Position numbers and translations under genes: made by a program. A stretch of 64,000 nucleotides of DNA from Eledone cirrhosa (lineage: Eukaryota), in assembly GCA_964016885.1 (NCBI GenBank), contig OZ024766.1, positions 2,852,001 through 2,916,000 of the forward strand, given 5' to 3'. Position 1 is the stretch's first letter; each line of letters opens with the position of its first letter. Below are positions 43,000-56,538 of the stretch, piece by piece. Below the pieces are notes generated by a model. The model ran no database searches. It saw only the letters and a program-made list of their open reading frames with translations, and was not told where the DNA came from.

Positions 43000-43410
43000 T
43001 TTATTCAGGTGTAGATGTGTTGAATTTCGGGAAGCTAACAACTGATGTAGGTAGTTCGTTTCATGCTTTAGCAAATCTAAGTGTGAAAATATGTTTCTGA
43101 AAGTCATGGGGACTGTGCTGTTTTCTGACTGTGTAGGCATGTCCACGGGTGTTAGACTCATGGAATTCAAAAAGGTGCTCAGGGTTGATGTTGGAAAAAT
43201 GTGGGTGTCTACCAAGTCAGTTGGAGCTTTAATGTATCCATGTCCAGGGAAGCAAGGTATTCAGAGTATGGTAGATGCCTGATGGAGGGTATTCATTTGG
43301 TTGCAGGTTTCTGAACAGTTTCCAAGAGATCGATATTCTGAGCAAGATAGGGGTTCCAGACTGGTGATGCAAATTCTAAGTGTGGACATACCATAGCTAT
43401 ATACAGCTTT
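43000..43410 (-). mobile_element. Decayed CR1/L2-type LINE fragment
   Basis: Manual translation VCPHLEFASPVWNP..NIDLLETVQKPATK*IPSIRHLPYSE matches the post-RT region of CR1-group ORF2. Confidence 0.7.
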
Positions 43411-43672
43411 AAATGTTAATAATTAAGGAATCCATTATAAATATTTAAACTTTCTGGCATCTAATTAGTGATAGAAGCATATCTCTAATATATTTTCTTC
43501 CTTCAAGAACTTTGTTAGATACAACATACAATATTAAATTATCTCACCAATGTAAGATATAGTTATAGTGTTTGATGATTGTTATTACAGTGTAATATCT
43601 TCTTTCATATGTAGATATATTTATGGTTCAAAAGACAATAGTTTCATACAAAGATTTTTGACACTGATACTG

Positions 43673-44704
43673 TTATACTTCTGTATGAACAGATACATGT
43701 TTAGTTAATTTACTTTTTTGAAAGAATGATTCACCACAGATATCACAGTGATGAGGTTTCTCTCCTGTATGTATATATTTGTGTTGAGTTAAGTGATCAT
43801 TTCGAGTAAATGATTTACCACAAATATCACACTGATGAGGTTTCTCACCTGTATGAATATATCTGTGTTTAGTTATGTTACCTTTTAGAGAAAATGATTT
43901 ACCACAGATATCACATTGATATGGCTTCTCTCCTGTATGAATACGTCTGTGTCTAGTTAAGTCACCTGTACAAGAGAATAATTTACCACAGAGATCACAG
44001 TGGTGAGGTTTCTCTCCTGTGTGGATATATTTGTGTTGAGTTAAGTGGCCCAACTCAGAAAATGACTTACCACAGATATCACAGTGATGAGATTTCTCAC
44101 CTGTATGAATACATTTGTGCCCAGTTAACTCATTTGCATGAGAGAATGATTTACCACAGATATCACAGTGATGAGGTTTCTGTCTTGTATGAATACGTAT
44201 GTGTTCAGTTAAGTGACCTGACTCAGAGAATGATTTACCACAGATATCACAGTGATGAGGCTTCTCTCCTGTATGGATATATATATGTCTAGATAAGCTA
44301 CTTGATTGTGAGAATGATTTACCACAGACATTACACTGGTATGGTTTCTCTCCTGTATGGACATATTTGTGTTTAGATAAGCTACTCGACTGTGAAAATG
44401 ATTTACCACAGATATCACAGTGATGAGGCTTCTCTCCTGTATGACTATATTTGTGTTGAGTTAAGTTACATGCCTGTGGAAATAATTTACCACAGATATC
44501 ACAGTGATAATGTTTCTCTCCTGTATGAATATATTTGTGTCTAGTTAAGTGACCCAACTGAGAGAATGATTTACCACAGATATTACACTGATGAGGTTTC
44601 TCTCCTGTGTGAATACGTTTGTGTCTAGTTAAGTCACTTGTACGAGAGAATGATTTACCACAGATATCACAGCAGTATGATGATTTTCCTTCCTCTTCTG
44701 ACAT
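43673..44704 (-). CDS. C2H2 zinc-finger protein (gene 4), 343 aa, 12 fingers
   Basis: Intact ORF, first ATG at 44704, ends HTEV*; predicted intron 45125-48831. Confidence 0.95.
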   Translation of the reverse strand: MSEEEGKSSYCCDICGKSFSRTSDLTRHKRIHTGEKPHQCNICGKSFSQLGHLTRHKYIHTGEKHYHCDICGKLFPQACNLTQHKYSHTGEKPHHCDICGKSFSQSSSLSKHKYVHTGEKPYQCNVCGKSFSQSSSLSRHIYIHTGEKPHHCDICGKSFSESGHLTEHIRIHTRQKPHHCDICGKSFSHANELTGHKCIHTGEKSHHCDICGKSFSELGHLTQHKYIHTGEKPHHCDLCGKLFSCTGDLTRHRRIHTGEKPYQCDICGKSFSLKGNITKHRYIHTGEKPHQCDICGKSFTRNDHLTQHKYIHTGEKPHHCDICGESFFQKSKLTKHVSVHTEV

Positions 44705-46314
44705 CTCTTCTGGAAAAAATATCAATCTTTTAAGTGTCTTTAATACCTTCCCAGAACTTTTTCAACACAATATAATTATGCTTCTTGGTTTTGTTTTTAC
44801 AGTTTATTCCCAACAAATATTTCCTATGTTAAATCTCCATCAATTGTGCTCTTTGTTGACATCTGAAAATGATGCAAATTCCTTTGTAAGTTTTTGCAAC
44901 CTTAATAAGAATGCAGAATCTTCTTGTACATTTTCCAGATAGGAAGAAGAGAAATCTTTCCATCAACCTCAGTTTAGAAGAAATATTTCACTGTAATTCA
45001 CCAAATGTTGATATAAAAAGACTTGTATAAACACTGTGTAAAATCTTGTGTTAGTCTTTTAAACAATGATATTGATGTTGTATCTGAAGTTAAAATTTCT
45101 CTTCTGTCAATGTCATGTGATATTCTGAAATAACAGAGAAACAAAATAAGATATAGAGGAGAGGATATTAAAATGTTGTGATTCAACAATGGGAATTTTA
45201 TATTTCTACATTGATAAATTGTATATATAAACTTACACATGACAGGTAATATCTAGACAATTAGGACCTTAACAGTTTCTGCCCTAGTAGAGTAATAAGA
45301 GGCAGAACCCCTACCATAAATCTGATAGCAAAATTTGGTAAGACTGATGAAAAATGTGTCCCGCATGTGTGATCTAACTGAACTAGAAAGACGTGCACAA
45401 CACTTCATCTATTACATGCAGTTTTCTACAACCAAAGAGACAGAATCAGGGTGTAGAAAGAGGCCATGGTGAAATACATCACCCTCATAGAGATGTACTT
45501 GATAGGGATTTGCCTGCTGTACAGGAGCAAATCAAGAAATAACATAAGTAGGATTAAACATAAGATAGGGAAAGCCAACTCATGGTACGACAACCAGAGA
45601 TATCAAAATGTCATGTTTGTGGATGCCACCCCTCTGGTGATGTCCAGCAGAAGCAAGATACGAAATATTTATACATGGAGGCATATGGCTTAGTGGTTAG
45701 AACATTGGCCTTGCAATCAAAATGTTGTGAGTTGAATTCTCAGACCGGGTGATGTGTTGTTTCCTTGAGCAAGACACTTTATTTCACATTGCTCCAGTTT
45801 ACTCAGCTGTAGAAATGAGATGATAGGGATTGGGGTCCATATCATTCCACTGTAAAGTGGTCGTTGAGGTGCCACGGCAAAAAAGCACCCAGCACTCACT
45901 GTAAATGAGGTTGGTGTTAGGAAGGGTATCCAGCTGTAGAAATGAGATGATAAGGACTGGGGTCCCTATCATTCCACTGTAAAGTGGTCATTGAGGTGCC
46001 ACGACAAAAAAGCACCCAGCACTCACTGTAAATGAGGTTGGTGTTAAGAAGGGCATCCAGCTGTAGAAATCAAGCCAGAATCAGTTTCCGTCCCACCCTT
46101 GCAAGCAGGGAAAAGCAGACGTAAAATGAAATGAAATGAAATGAAAAAATGATTGTATAAAGCTATGCTTGAAGTGAAATCCTATTTCTTTTCTACTATA
46201 AGTTGAGCCAACTTATGCAGCTTCATATGCAAATGAGATTAATCACCTCATTTACACAGACGAGAAAAGTATATATTCTCGCCTGTCTTCTAGTCCAGCA
46301 GTTGCAAGTGGTGG

Positions 46315-46371
46315 GAGGGACCGTCCCGACGAAGGACAGTTAAGCCTGAAATGCATAGACGGTTGTCCCTC
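46315..46371 (+). ncRNA. Minimal hammerhead ribozyme-like motif (U4C variant) in the gene 4 intron, antisense to the gene
   Basis: gaggga-CCGTC-CCGACGA-AGG-acagttaag-CCT-GAAATGCATA-GACGG-ttg-tccctc: perfect bulged stem I and palindromic ATGCAT. Confidence 0.6.
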
Positions 46372-47135
46372 TTGCTTCTGCTGGACATCACCATAGGGAC
46401 TGAGTGCTCTACTACTACTACTACTACGGGTATTACCTTCCAGTGTTCTACCTTTATATATATATAATAATTGTTTCTACTATTGGCACAAGGCCAGCAA
46501 TTACCCAGTACATTACTGGTACTTTATGTTATCGACCCTGTAAGGATGAAAGGCTAAGTTAACCTCAGCGGGATTAGAACTCAGAACGGCAAGGGCCGTA
46601 ACTATGCGTCAAAGCATGGCGTCCGACCCTCTACCGATACTGCCAATCCACCGCCCTTATATAAAATAATAGTAATAATAATATTTATATATACTTATGT
46701 ATATACAAGCATGGAAAGTGGGACAAATCTTCTCCCCCTTCCCACAATGCTGCTGTTATGAAAAAAAAAGCACTCAGTCCATTGTATAAAATGGTTGTGC
46801 TGGTGACATGTCAAAAAGTACCCAGTCTACCCTGCTAGATGTTTGTGAAAATTTATCCACGATAATTAAAAGTGGACATGTGTCAGACAGAACTTCAGCT
46901 AGTTCTTCACAGTATTACAACCTTACTAAGTACAAACAATGTTAAGAAAACATGCGAAAAATAATTGCAACCAGAGAAACCTCCAAGGGTCCCACCTGCT
47001 CAGTTTTCTAGAAAATGAGTCGTTTCTGACTGATTTTAAGGTTAGGTTTGTTGGTAACACGAAAAAAAACTAGGAAAATTAACAATTTCCCACAGGACGA
47101 CTAAGGAATGTTTTTACTGTAAATTTACCCCCTTT

Positions 47136-47505
47136 AACATTTACATTACTCTATATATACTATTGTATGTTCACAGTAAAGGCTTTACCTCACATAACAT
47201 TTACATTACTCTATATATACTATTGTATTTTCACAGTAAAGGCTTTACCTCACATAATATCTCGCATAACATTTACATTACTCTATATATACTATTGTAT
47301 TGTCACAGTAAAGGCTTTACCTCACATAATACCTCACATAGCATTTACATTACTCTATATATACTATTGTATTTTCACAGTAAAGGCTTTACTTCACATA
47401 ATATCTCACATAACATTTACATTACTCTATATATACTATTGTATTTTCACAGTAAAGGCTTTACCTCACAAAATATCTCACATAACATTTAGATTACTCT
47501 ATATT
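47136..47505. repeat. 60/72-bp tandem repeat, ~5.5 copies
   Basis: taacatttacattactctatatatactattgtattttcacagtaaaggctttacctcaca repeated. Confidence 0.9.
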
Positions 47506-48831
47506 TACTATATCTTCGTAATATATCTTACACAATTATCTCACATAATATCGAATCTATGAGATTTTGAGATTTATTTCGAGAACAATACCTTAACATC
47601 AGTATGAGTGGCCAGTTACAGACGGTTTGAACAGAAAGAGGTGAGAGAATTGTGGACAGATACGGCCGGTTAAATTGAAACAAATTTAGACTAAAATGTA
47701 GCTAGTTTTAATTTACCTGAAACAAGGTACAGCTGAATATAAACTACATTTTATAATACGAGGTAGTGATTAACATGATTAAATAGACGGAGGTAATTTA
47801 AATTATAAAGACAGTCACAATAACTAGTTATTGGTAGATTGGCAGTATCTGCAGGATAGAGTTACGATCCTTTACGGTCTGAGTTCAAATCCCACCGAGG
47901 TCAACTTTGCCTCTCATCCTTACGGGGTTGATAAAATAAAGTAGCAGTAATACACTGGGGTTTTTGCTGGCCTTGTGCCAAAAGTAGAAACAATTATTAT
48001 AGAAGTATACCCTGCTTTGATATCAATAGGGGAAAACATTTTCCCTGTTTCTTTTTTTCGTGTGCTATCAACCAATCTGACCTCCAAGGGGCTCGCAATT
48101 GACATTTGTCCAGCAAGATTGAAATGTTGGGAAGGGCTCCCTCCCGCTTCTCGGAGTTTACCCAACCATTTTTCTTTCCAAGTGTTATTAACGAATCTCA
48201 CCTCCCAACAAGTAGGAAATGACTAGATTTATAGAAAAACTAGGGTGAAAGGGAGTCAAAAGACGATCGGAGGTTCACAGATCTACACCCACCTCGCCTT
48301 TCGTGGGGAAAAATTACCTTTTTTTTTTCTTGTGCTGTCAACTAATCTGACCCCCAAGGTGCTCCCAATCATCTTTTTCTCCCGGATTAGGGTTTCTGTT
48401 CTCCAGATAAAAATCGATTGCGAGAATCTTTTTAAGTTAGATTAGTTGATAGCACACGAAATAATCGAGGAAAGAAATTATTTTCCCACTGAAATGGAGG
48501 GGTGTGTTGTATAAATTGACCTAAACTACACATTATAATACAAGGTAGTGAACAACATGATTAAATAGACGGAGGTAATTTAAATAATAAAGACACTCAT
48601 AATAACAATCTATTTTATATCACATGTAACAGTAGAATCTAGCTATTGTAAAATAAGACAACATTTCAGTCTAGAAGTATTTTCCTGTATATAAAAGTGA
48701 CGAGGAAGAAATATGTCCAAAGTTGTTAAATATTTTCACTTGTATATAATTACTGTATCGTTGAAAGGTTCACATAATTCTATTATTTACACACATTATT
48801 ATAGACTTCAAGTAAATCTTTCTCAACTTAC

Positions 48832-49012
48832 CCTCTTCACATGTAATCAATGTGTTGTCTTCTTATATTTTATTAAACAAAGAAATAATCTTCTTGTTGT
48901 TGTTGAATAAGAATTTTCAAAGATTTCATCAGCTTTTCTTTGTCCGCCATTAACGTTGGTGTATCTTCTTATTCTTTAGCCACAGATTCGTATCTTGCCA
49001 TAATGAACAAGT
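48832..49012 (-). other. Leader exon 1 of gene 4 (uORF 48950-48873)
   Basis: Same conserved block and donor. Confidence 0.75.
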
Positions 49013-49057
49013 AGAGTTAACTTTTTTGTTTTCTCTCTCCTTTAATATTTGTCTACG

Positions 49058-49103
<46 letters not shown>

Positions 49104-50346
49104 TTTATACGATATACGAAAATATCTTATATATCTAGTTGAGAAACTACTAGCATCAAGTAGAAATAATTGTTTCTAATTTTGGCACAAGGCCAGCAAT
49201 TAAACCAGTGTATTACTGGTACTTTATTTTATCGACAATGTAAGGAAGAAAGGCAAAGTTAACCTCGGCGAGATTTGAAGTCAGACCATAAAGGGGCGTA
49301 ACTCTTTGCTGCAAAGCATGGCCTCCGACCCTCTACCGATTCTGCCAATCTAGCGCCATTCTACATAGAATAATTGTTTCTACGTTAGGCGCAAGGCCAG
49401 CAAATTATCCAGTGTATTACTGGTACTTTATTTTATCGACCCCATTCTACATAGAATAATATACAAATATCAGGAAAGTTAAAAGTATATGCGTCACGAG
49501 ATACACACCGGTACATGTGTGCGTGTATATATGGAGGCGGAGTATCAGGTGTAGTGTTGGCAAATTTCGGGAAGCATGGACGTGTAGTGAGACAGGATAA
49601 TAATATTTTATCAGTGTGGCATAATTTGGTCGTCCTTCCTCAGTCACCAGCCCTGTAAGGTTGGTGACGTAGGAATACAAATAACCATTTCCGTCCAGTA
49701 GTGGAACGCACCTTTTTTTCACAACTCGCTGGTAGTTGTGTATTAGAAAACGATATTTCTTTTGATGTTATTTGTATTGTCTATAACCTTTTTAATTTTA
49801 ATTCCTAGTTTTGTGAGATTGGCAGTATCGGTAGAGGGTCGGACGCCATGCTTTGCAGCAAAGAGTTACGTCCCTTTATGGTCCGAGTTCAAATCCCGTC
49901 GAGGTTAACTTTGCCTTTCATTCTTACGGGGTCGATAAAATAAAGTACCAGTAATACACTGGTTAATTGCTGGCCTTGTGCCAAAAGTAGAAACAATTAT
50001 TAGAATGAGATGGATTAGGTTCAGTATCATGTTTAGTTATTTATTATCAAAATAAATCATTAAGGGCAAGAATCATCGTCATCACCGTTTTACGTCCGTT
50101 CTTCCACGCTAGCATGGGTTAGACGAGTTGTCCTGTTGTGGGCAGTGTCCGGTCGGCTGACCATGCCTTGCTCATACGGGAACTGATTCTGGTTTGATTA
50201 TTAACTGTATTGCTAAATCGTTTTGTCGATGTCAATTTAATCCATTTCAATTGTTGTTTATCAATGTATGTGAACATTTATTGAAGCATTCACTGTTGTA
50301 TAAAAAAGAAATATAAAAATACGATGGGAGTGAAAATATGAGCACA

Positions 50347-51101
50347 CAAGCCGAATTACCCGCGCCTTGCTGCGTTTCACACATCTTTTTTGTAAGAAAA
50401 TGATGATTGATTTTAAATCAGTGATATAATTTATGGAGAAAAACTCTGCATTTCAATATTACTCAATGTAAAATGTAATGCATGAAAAATTGGAAAATAT
50501 TATTTTTTGTAATATCTATCTATCTATCTAAGGCGGGTAAAATCCCGAGATCCATGGACGAGTTCTCTCCAGCGGTCTCTGTCACTCATTATCGCTGCCA
50601 TGTCCTGCGTCTCCAACAGACCAGTGTCTGTCCTTAGGGCATCAACATACGTTAACCTTGGTCTTCCTCTTCTAGTGTGTCCATGTGTCAAAAGTGACAC
50701 AGAGGAGACTGAGGTTAGCTGGACATGCTCACCGACATCCAGAGTTTTGTAATATATCAAATCAAAATTACATTAAATCTTATTCTTATTTTGTTTCTTG
50801 TAAATAATACTTTTCAAAATATCAATTCAAAACTTTTGTGAATAGGCATCATATGTTGTCATTTATCTATGGTTTAAATTTCATATAAATCGAAGGGAAA
50901 AATTTTCAGCGGGGCTTTTCAGCAGGGGTTTGTGCCCCTGGGGAAACCTTTGATTAAAATGAAATATACTTATCCATGTACCCTGGGCAATTTAGTTTCA
51001 GAATATATATAACTACGGGGGTCTATCTCCAAAACAATAGGAAGAGTTCGTGAACAAACAGACAGACAGGAACTACAACTTCATGTATATATATATATAG
51101 A
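50347..51101 (-). mobile_element. Probable non-autonomous Helitron (Lep1-like)
   Basis: Minus strand: A|TCTATATATA...(CTGT)n near the 5' end; 3' end cgcagcaaggcgcgggtaattcggCTTG|T (GC-rich hairpin plus CTRR-like end); AT target. Confidence 0.5.
50515..50745 (-). mobile_element. RTE-type LINE 3' end with (TAGA)n tail nested in the Helitron-like element
   Basis: HGHTRRGRPRLTYVDALRTDTGL...MSDRDRWRELV* followed by (TAGA)n. Confidence 0.7.
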
Positions 51102-51189
51102 TATGATGTATATGAAGCATATAAATAAATTTACAGTAGAATAACATAACAAATATGTTTTAAATATATACATAAATAACATTACAAAT

Positions 51190-51601
51190 GCTTAGATAGC
51201 ATTATAAATTGTTCGTGATTCTTTCAGAAGGATATATTCCTTTAATGTCGCAATATTAAAGAAAATGTAAAGGAAGGGGGTGAACAACGGAGCCAACACC
51301 AGAGCAAAAGACAGCAGCGTTGCGAGGGGTACTGGGTAGCCTCTATAAGGATTTTTGAGGCAAGCCTGCACACTCGCAGCGTTGCCTCGGGTGATGGCGA
51401 GGCTAATGCGCTGGAACAACCAAGCACCCTCACGAGATTCGCCAGTGAAGAGAGGAACCTCGCAGTCAGTAGCCCGACTCCCCCAAACGTCTCGAAAGCC
51501 ACAGGCTGAAAAATGTAGCTGGCCAACAGATCAGAGTATTTGAGGGTCTTACTCCGCTCGGCTGCAGAAGATGCGGCTCTCATCCTAACCGCAGCATCCA
51601 A
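51190..51601 (-). mobile_element. 3' fragment of a restriction-like-endonuclease (CRE-like) non-LTR retrotransposon
   Basis: AAERSKTLKYSDL..YIFQPVAFETFGGVG and FQRISLAITRGNAASV in two frames. Confidence 0.65.
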
Positions 51602-52213
51602 TATTTCTTGAGGCCAGTTTCAGTGAAAGTTAAAGAAAATGTTCTAGTTTGGTCATTGTAAGTTATCTTCTCATTGTAACCAGCCTTTTCAAGTGCAAAA
51701 TTATAGTATTCCACATGCTGGACTTACTGCAGGAAACGCTTGTAACTATGGAGTTAATTATGCTCCTAGGGTGGTTGGAGTGTATGTTGACATATTTCAG
51801 GTTTTCGTTGGGTTTATGGTATGGGCGGTAGAGACCTGTGTCTAATTCTAATCCCCAGCCCACACTGTAAAATGGTCGTGGAGGTGCCACGGCAATAAAG
51901 CACCCAGTCCACACTGTAAAGCACCCAGCACTCATTGTAAATGAGGTTGGTGTTAGGAAAGGAATCCAGCCAGAATCTGTTCCCGTATGAGCAAGAGAAA
52001 GTCAGCCGACTGGACACTGCCCACAACAGGACAACCCGTCTAACCCATGCTTGCATGGAAGAACGGACATAAAACGGTGATGATGATGATGATATAATAT
52101 ATATATATATATATGTATGTATGTATGTAAAAGGTAAACAGAAATAACAACACAATCGGTACAGTATATGGAAAGTATATATTAGGTTAACACTTGATAT
52201 AGCAGGAAGAAGG

Positions 52214-52249
52214 TCTTAGCGTTTCGGACGCTAGTCCTTCATCAGAAGA
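52214..52249 (-). ncRNA. Minimal hammerhead ribozyme-like motif
   Basis: tctt-CTGATGA-a-GGAC-tagc-GTCC-GAAA-cgc-TA-aga; in a ~250-bp unique insert bounded by TA-rich repeats. Confidence 0.6.
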
Positions 52250-52900
52250 AAGAATGAGAAATACAATAGATTAAGAGGACGGGCAGATTGGAATTGTCTT
52301 TAGATAAAAATAATAGGTCCATTCATGTTGACATCTCTTGCAAAATTGTTGGTGCTGGCGTTTTGTGTATATATAAAATGAATTAAATATATATATAAAA
52401 TGAATTAAGCAAATAATTATTAATCAGAGCCATATAAAATTATAGGTTTGAAGAACAGTCAGATAAAATATATCCAGTTCTTTTCCTCCTTAGTCCGTAG
52501 AAATCAACTAGATAAATAATCATTTAAGTGGAGCTAAGTTTAAAATGTAACTTTGAAGAAAAGAATATATATAAACTTTCGATTGCAAGCCCAATGGTTA
52601 GAGCATTGGGTTTGCAATCGAAAGGTTGTGAGTTGAATTCTCAGACCAGGTGATGTGTTGTTTCCTTGAGCAAGACACTTTATTTCACATTGCTCCAGTT
52701 TACTCAGCTGTAGAAATGAGATGATAGGGACTGGGGTCCCTATCATTCCACTGCAAAGTGGTTGTGGAGGTGCCACAGCAAAAAAGCACCCAGCACTCAC
52801 TGTAAATGAGGTTGGTGTTAGGAAGGGCATCCAGCTGTAGAAATCAAGCCAGAATCAGTTCCCGTCCCACCCTTGCAAGCAGGGAAAAAGCGGACATAAA

Positions 52901-52934
<34 letters not shown>

Positions 52935-53040
52935 ACCAAAATTCTAGCCGTAAAATAATTGCAGAAAATGTTCAGTTCCCCTGCATCACAAAATTCAAGA
53001 AGCCTCAAGTTTGATACAATGATTTTTGACACTGATACTG

Positions 53041-53898
53041 TTACACTTCTGTATGAACATGAACATGTGTAGTTAATTTGCTTTTTTTAAAGAATGATTT
53101 ACCACAGATATCACAGTGATATGTTTTCTCTCCTGTATGAATATATTTGTGTTGAGTTAAGTTACTTAACTGAGAGAATGATGTACCACAGATATCACAT
53201 TGATATGGTTTCTCTCCGGTATGAATATATTTGTGTGTAGTTAAGTTACCTTTTGTCGAGAATGTTTTACCACATATATCACAGTGATGTGGTCTCTCTC
53301 CTGTATGAATATTTTTATGATTACCTAAAGAACTTAACTGAGAGAATGATTTACCACAGATATCACAGTGATGAGGCTTTTCTTCTGTATGTACATATAT
53401 GTGTCTAGATAAGCTACTTGCCTGTGAAAATGATTTACCACAGATATCACAGTGATGAGGCTTCTCTCCTGTATGAAGACGTATATGTTGAGTTAAGTGA
53501 CATGTCTGTGAGAATGATTTACCACAGATATCACACTGATGAGGTTTCTCTCCTGTATGAATACGTACATGAGTAGTTAGGTTACCTCTATCAGAAAATG
53601 ATTTACCACAGATACCACAGTGATAAGGTTTCTCTCCTTTATGAATACGTTTGTGTTTAGTCAAGTCACTTGTACGAGAAAATAATTTACCACAGATATC
53701 ACAGGGATAAGGTTTCTCTCCTGTATGAACATAATTGTGAATAGCTAAGCGACCTCTATCAGAAAAGGATTTATCACAGATATCACAGTGATACTCTCTG
53801 TTATGAATATATTTGTGTCTAGTTACATCACCTTTATGAGAGAACGATTTACCACAGATATCACAGTGATATGATGATTTTCCTTTCCCCTTCGACAT
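53041..53898 (-). CDS. C2H2 zinc-finger protein (gene 5), 285 aa, 10 fingers
   Basis: Intact ORF ending HTEV* like gene 4; first linker shortened (HNREYHC); predicted intron 54265-57659. Confidence 0.95.
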   Translation of the reverse strand: MSKGKGKSSYHCDICGKSFSHKGDVTRHKYIHNREYHCDICDKSFSDRGRLAIHNYVHTGEKPYPCDICGKLFSRTSDLTKHKRIHKGEKPYHCGICGKSFSDRGNLTTHVRIHTGEKPHQCDICGKSFSQTCHLTQHIRLHTGEKPHHCDICGKSFSQASSLSRHIYVHTEEKPHHCDICGKSFSQLSSLGNHKNIHTGERPHHCDICGKTFSTKGNLTTHKYIHTGEKPYQCDICGTSFSQLSNLTQHKYIHTGEKTYHCDICGKSFFKKSKLTTHVHVHTEV

Positions 53899-54829
53899 CT
53901 CTTCAGGAAAAATATCAATCCTTTAAGAGCTTTTTCTCTCAACACAATATATTGATGTTGTTTCTTGGTTTTGTTTTTACAGTTTATTCCCAACAAATAT
54001 TTCCTCTGTTAAATCTCCATCAGCTCTGCTCTTTGTTGAAATCTGAATATGATGCAGAATCTTCTTGTACACTTTCCAGATAGGAAGAAGAGAAATCTTT
54101 CCATCAACCTCAGTTTAGAAGAAATATTTCTCTGTAATTCACCAAATGTTGATATAAAAAGACTTATATGAATACTGTGTAAAATCTTGTGTTAGTTTTT
54201 TAAACAATGATATTGATGTTGTATCTGAAGTTAAAATTTCTCTTCTGTGATATCATGTGATATTCTGAAATAACAGAGAAACAAAATAAGATGTAGAGGA
54301 GAGGATATTAAAATGTTGTGATTTAACAATGAAAATTATATATTTCTATATCGATAAACTGTATATATAAACTTTCACCTGAATAATTCAACTTGTCAAA
54401 TGTATCCCTCCATCTTAAACTCTAAAAATGTATAAATATATTTACTTGAGTTTATATATATATATATATATACAAGCATGGAATGATGGAGAAATCTTCT
54501 CCCCCTTTCCACAATGTTGCTGCTATGAAAAAACGCGCTAAGTCCACAGTGTAAGGTGGTCATGCTGGTGACATGACAAAAAGCACCCAGTCCACCTTGT
54601 TAGATGTTCGTTTTTGTGATATGATAAAAAGCACCCTCTTCAAACTGTAACATGGTTGGTGTTATGAATGGCATCCAGCCATAGAAACAAAGTCAAAATA
54701 TAGATCTGTATGAGCAAGACGTGGTCTCTGAACCTGACTTGTCTTATAATGTGACAACCTGTCAAACCCATGCAAGCATGGAAAATGGACATTAAAAGAT
54801 GTGCGGGAGAGAAGACTGCTTTTTTTATG

Positions 54830-55075
54830 GACATGTGATAAGCATGGATGATGACTGGTGGGTGAAGAAGTTCCAAAAAATCCGGATGGAAGGAAGATGC
54901 AGTAGAGGTAGACCATGAAAAACATGGGTGTGGGTGGTGAAAGCTGACCTCAGATTGCTGAAGTTCACAGAGGAGATGAGGAAGGATGGTGATGATTGGA
55001 GAGATGCTGTGCTAAAGAGGACCCATCCCACACTTGCAAGCAGGGAAAAGTGGATGTAAAATGATGATGATGATC
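54830..55075 (+). mobile_element. RTE 3' end fragment, tail-to-tail with a SINE B copy
   Basis: Homologous to 60145-60395. Confidence 0.75.
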
Positions 55076-55421
55076 ATCATCATCATTTCATTTCATTTTA
55101 CGTCCGCTTTTCCCTGCTTGCAAGGGTGGGACGGGAATTGATTCTGGCTTGATTTCTACAGCTGGATGCCCTTCCTAACACCAACCTCATTTACAGTGAG
55201 TGCTGGGTGCTTTTTTGCCGTGGCACCTCCACAACCACTTTGCAGTGGAATGATAGGGACCCCAGTCCCTATCATCTCATTTCTACATCTGAGTAAACTG
55301 GAGCAATGTGAAATAAAGTGTCTTGCTCAAGGACACAACACATCACCCGGTCTGAGAATTTAACTCACAACCTTTCGATTGCAAGCCCAATGCTCTAACC
55401 ACTAAGCCATGTGCCTATACA

Positions 55422-55454
<33 letters not shown>

Positions 55455-55456
<2 letters not shown>

Positions 55457-55589
55457 GTATTTCCCAGCGCCAAAGATGCTTTGTCCTCGAGGATGTACCC
55501 TAATTTTGACAACCAACTTTTGGCCTCCAGGTAGGTTGTGGAGACTTATTTTAGGAAAAAAGTAGCATCTTGGACACCAGGAAATGCGG
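55455..55589. mobile_element. pogo/Tigger-like MITE, 135 bp
   Basis: TA-CCGTATTTCCCAGCGCCAAAGATGC ... GCATCTTGGACACCAGGAAATGCGG-TA: ~25-bp imperfect TIRs and TA target duplication. Confidence 0.7.
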
Positions 55590-55755
55590 TATATTAAGGT
55601 TTTCACACCAGCATAGCTGTATACAGGGAAAAGCGGACATAAAATGATGTTGATATATTTATATCATCATCGTTTAACGTCCATCTTCCACACTAGCATG
55701 GGTTAGATGGGAGTTGTCCCACTTGAGGCAAGGTTGGTTGGCTGACTGTGTCTCG

Positions 55756-55793
<38 letters not shown>

Positions 55794-55800
<7 letters not shown>

Positions 55801-56216
55801 TAAACGGAATAGAAAATGCTGACAAATTGTTCACAGTTGAAAAATGGTTTAATTAGGAATAAAAGAGTATTAGTAATTGTATGGGTTAGTATTCAGTTGT
55901 GGTTTTAAGTTTTTAAGTTTTTACCGGTTGCGCATTTCTAAATGCTTTTCAAAAATAATTTTGAGATAGAGCAATAATTTTGAGATCAGAGCAAACAACA
56001 CGGACACTCTATCTCAAAATTATTTTTGAAAAGCATTTAGAAATGCGCAACCGGTAAAAACTTAAAACCTTAAAACCACAACTGAATACTAACCCATACA
56101 ATCACTAATACTCTTTTATTCCTAATTAAACCATTTTTCAACTGTGAACAATTTGTCAGCATTTTCTATTCCGTTTACCAATATATAATAACTTGTGTGT
56201 TACACCTCTATTCTTT
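55794..56216 (+). mobile_element. Fold-back insert in (TA)n in the gene 5 intron, Penelope-like
   Basis: 178-bp arms 55794-55971 and 56007-56184, 35-bp loop, ~30-nt one-sided tail. Confidence 0.7.
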
Positions 56217-56538
56217 TATATATATATATATATGCGCACACACACACACATGTATAGTAATACATGTATTAAAGTCTGAAAGTACATCCCTGAAATACAT
56301 CACTAAATGAAACAGTACTATACAGGTACATTATAATTTAGCAGAAATAGAGATACCTGTTTGACTGGTTTTACAGGTTATTTTTAGTTGTGATATTAAC
56401 ACAAATAATTATGACCTAATGTAATGAAATTATGACTATAATTTCTTCCAAACTCTTCACATGCAGATCAAAACGAATCTGACCTTCAAGGAGATCAAAA
56501 CCAATAGGAAATAAATTTCACTCCTAAAAGGGAGACCC

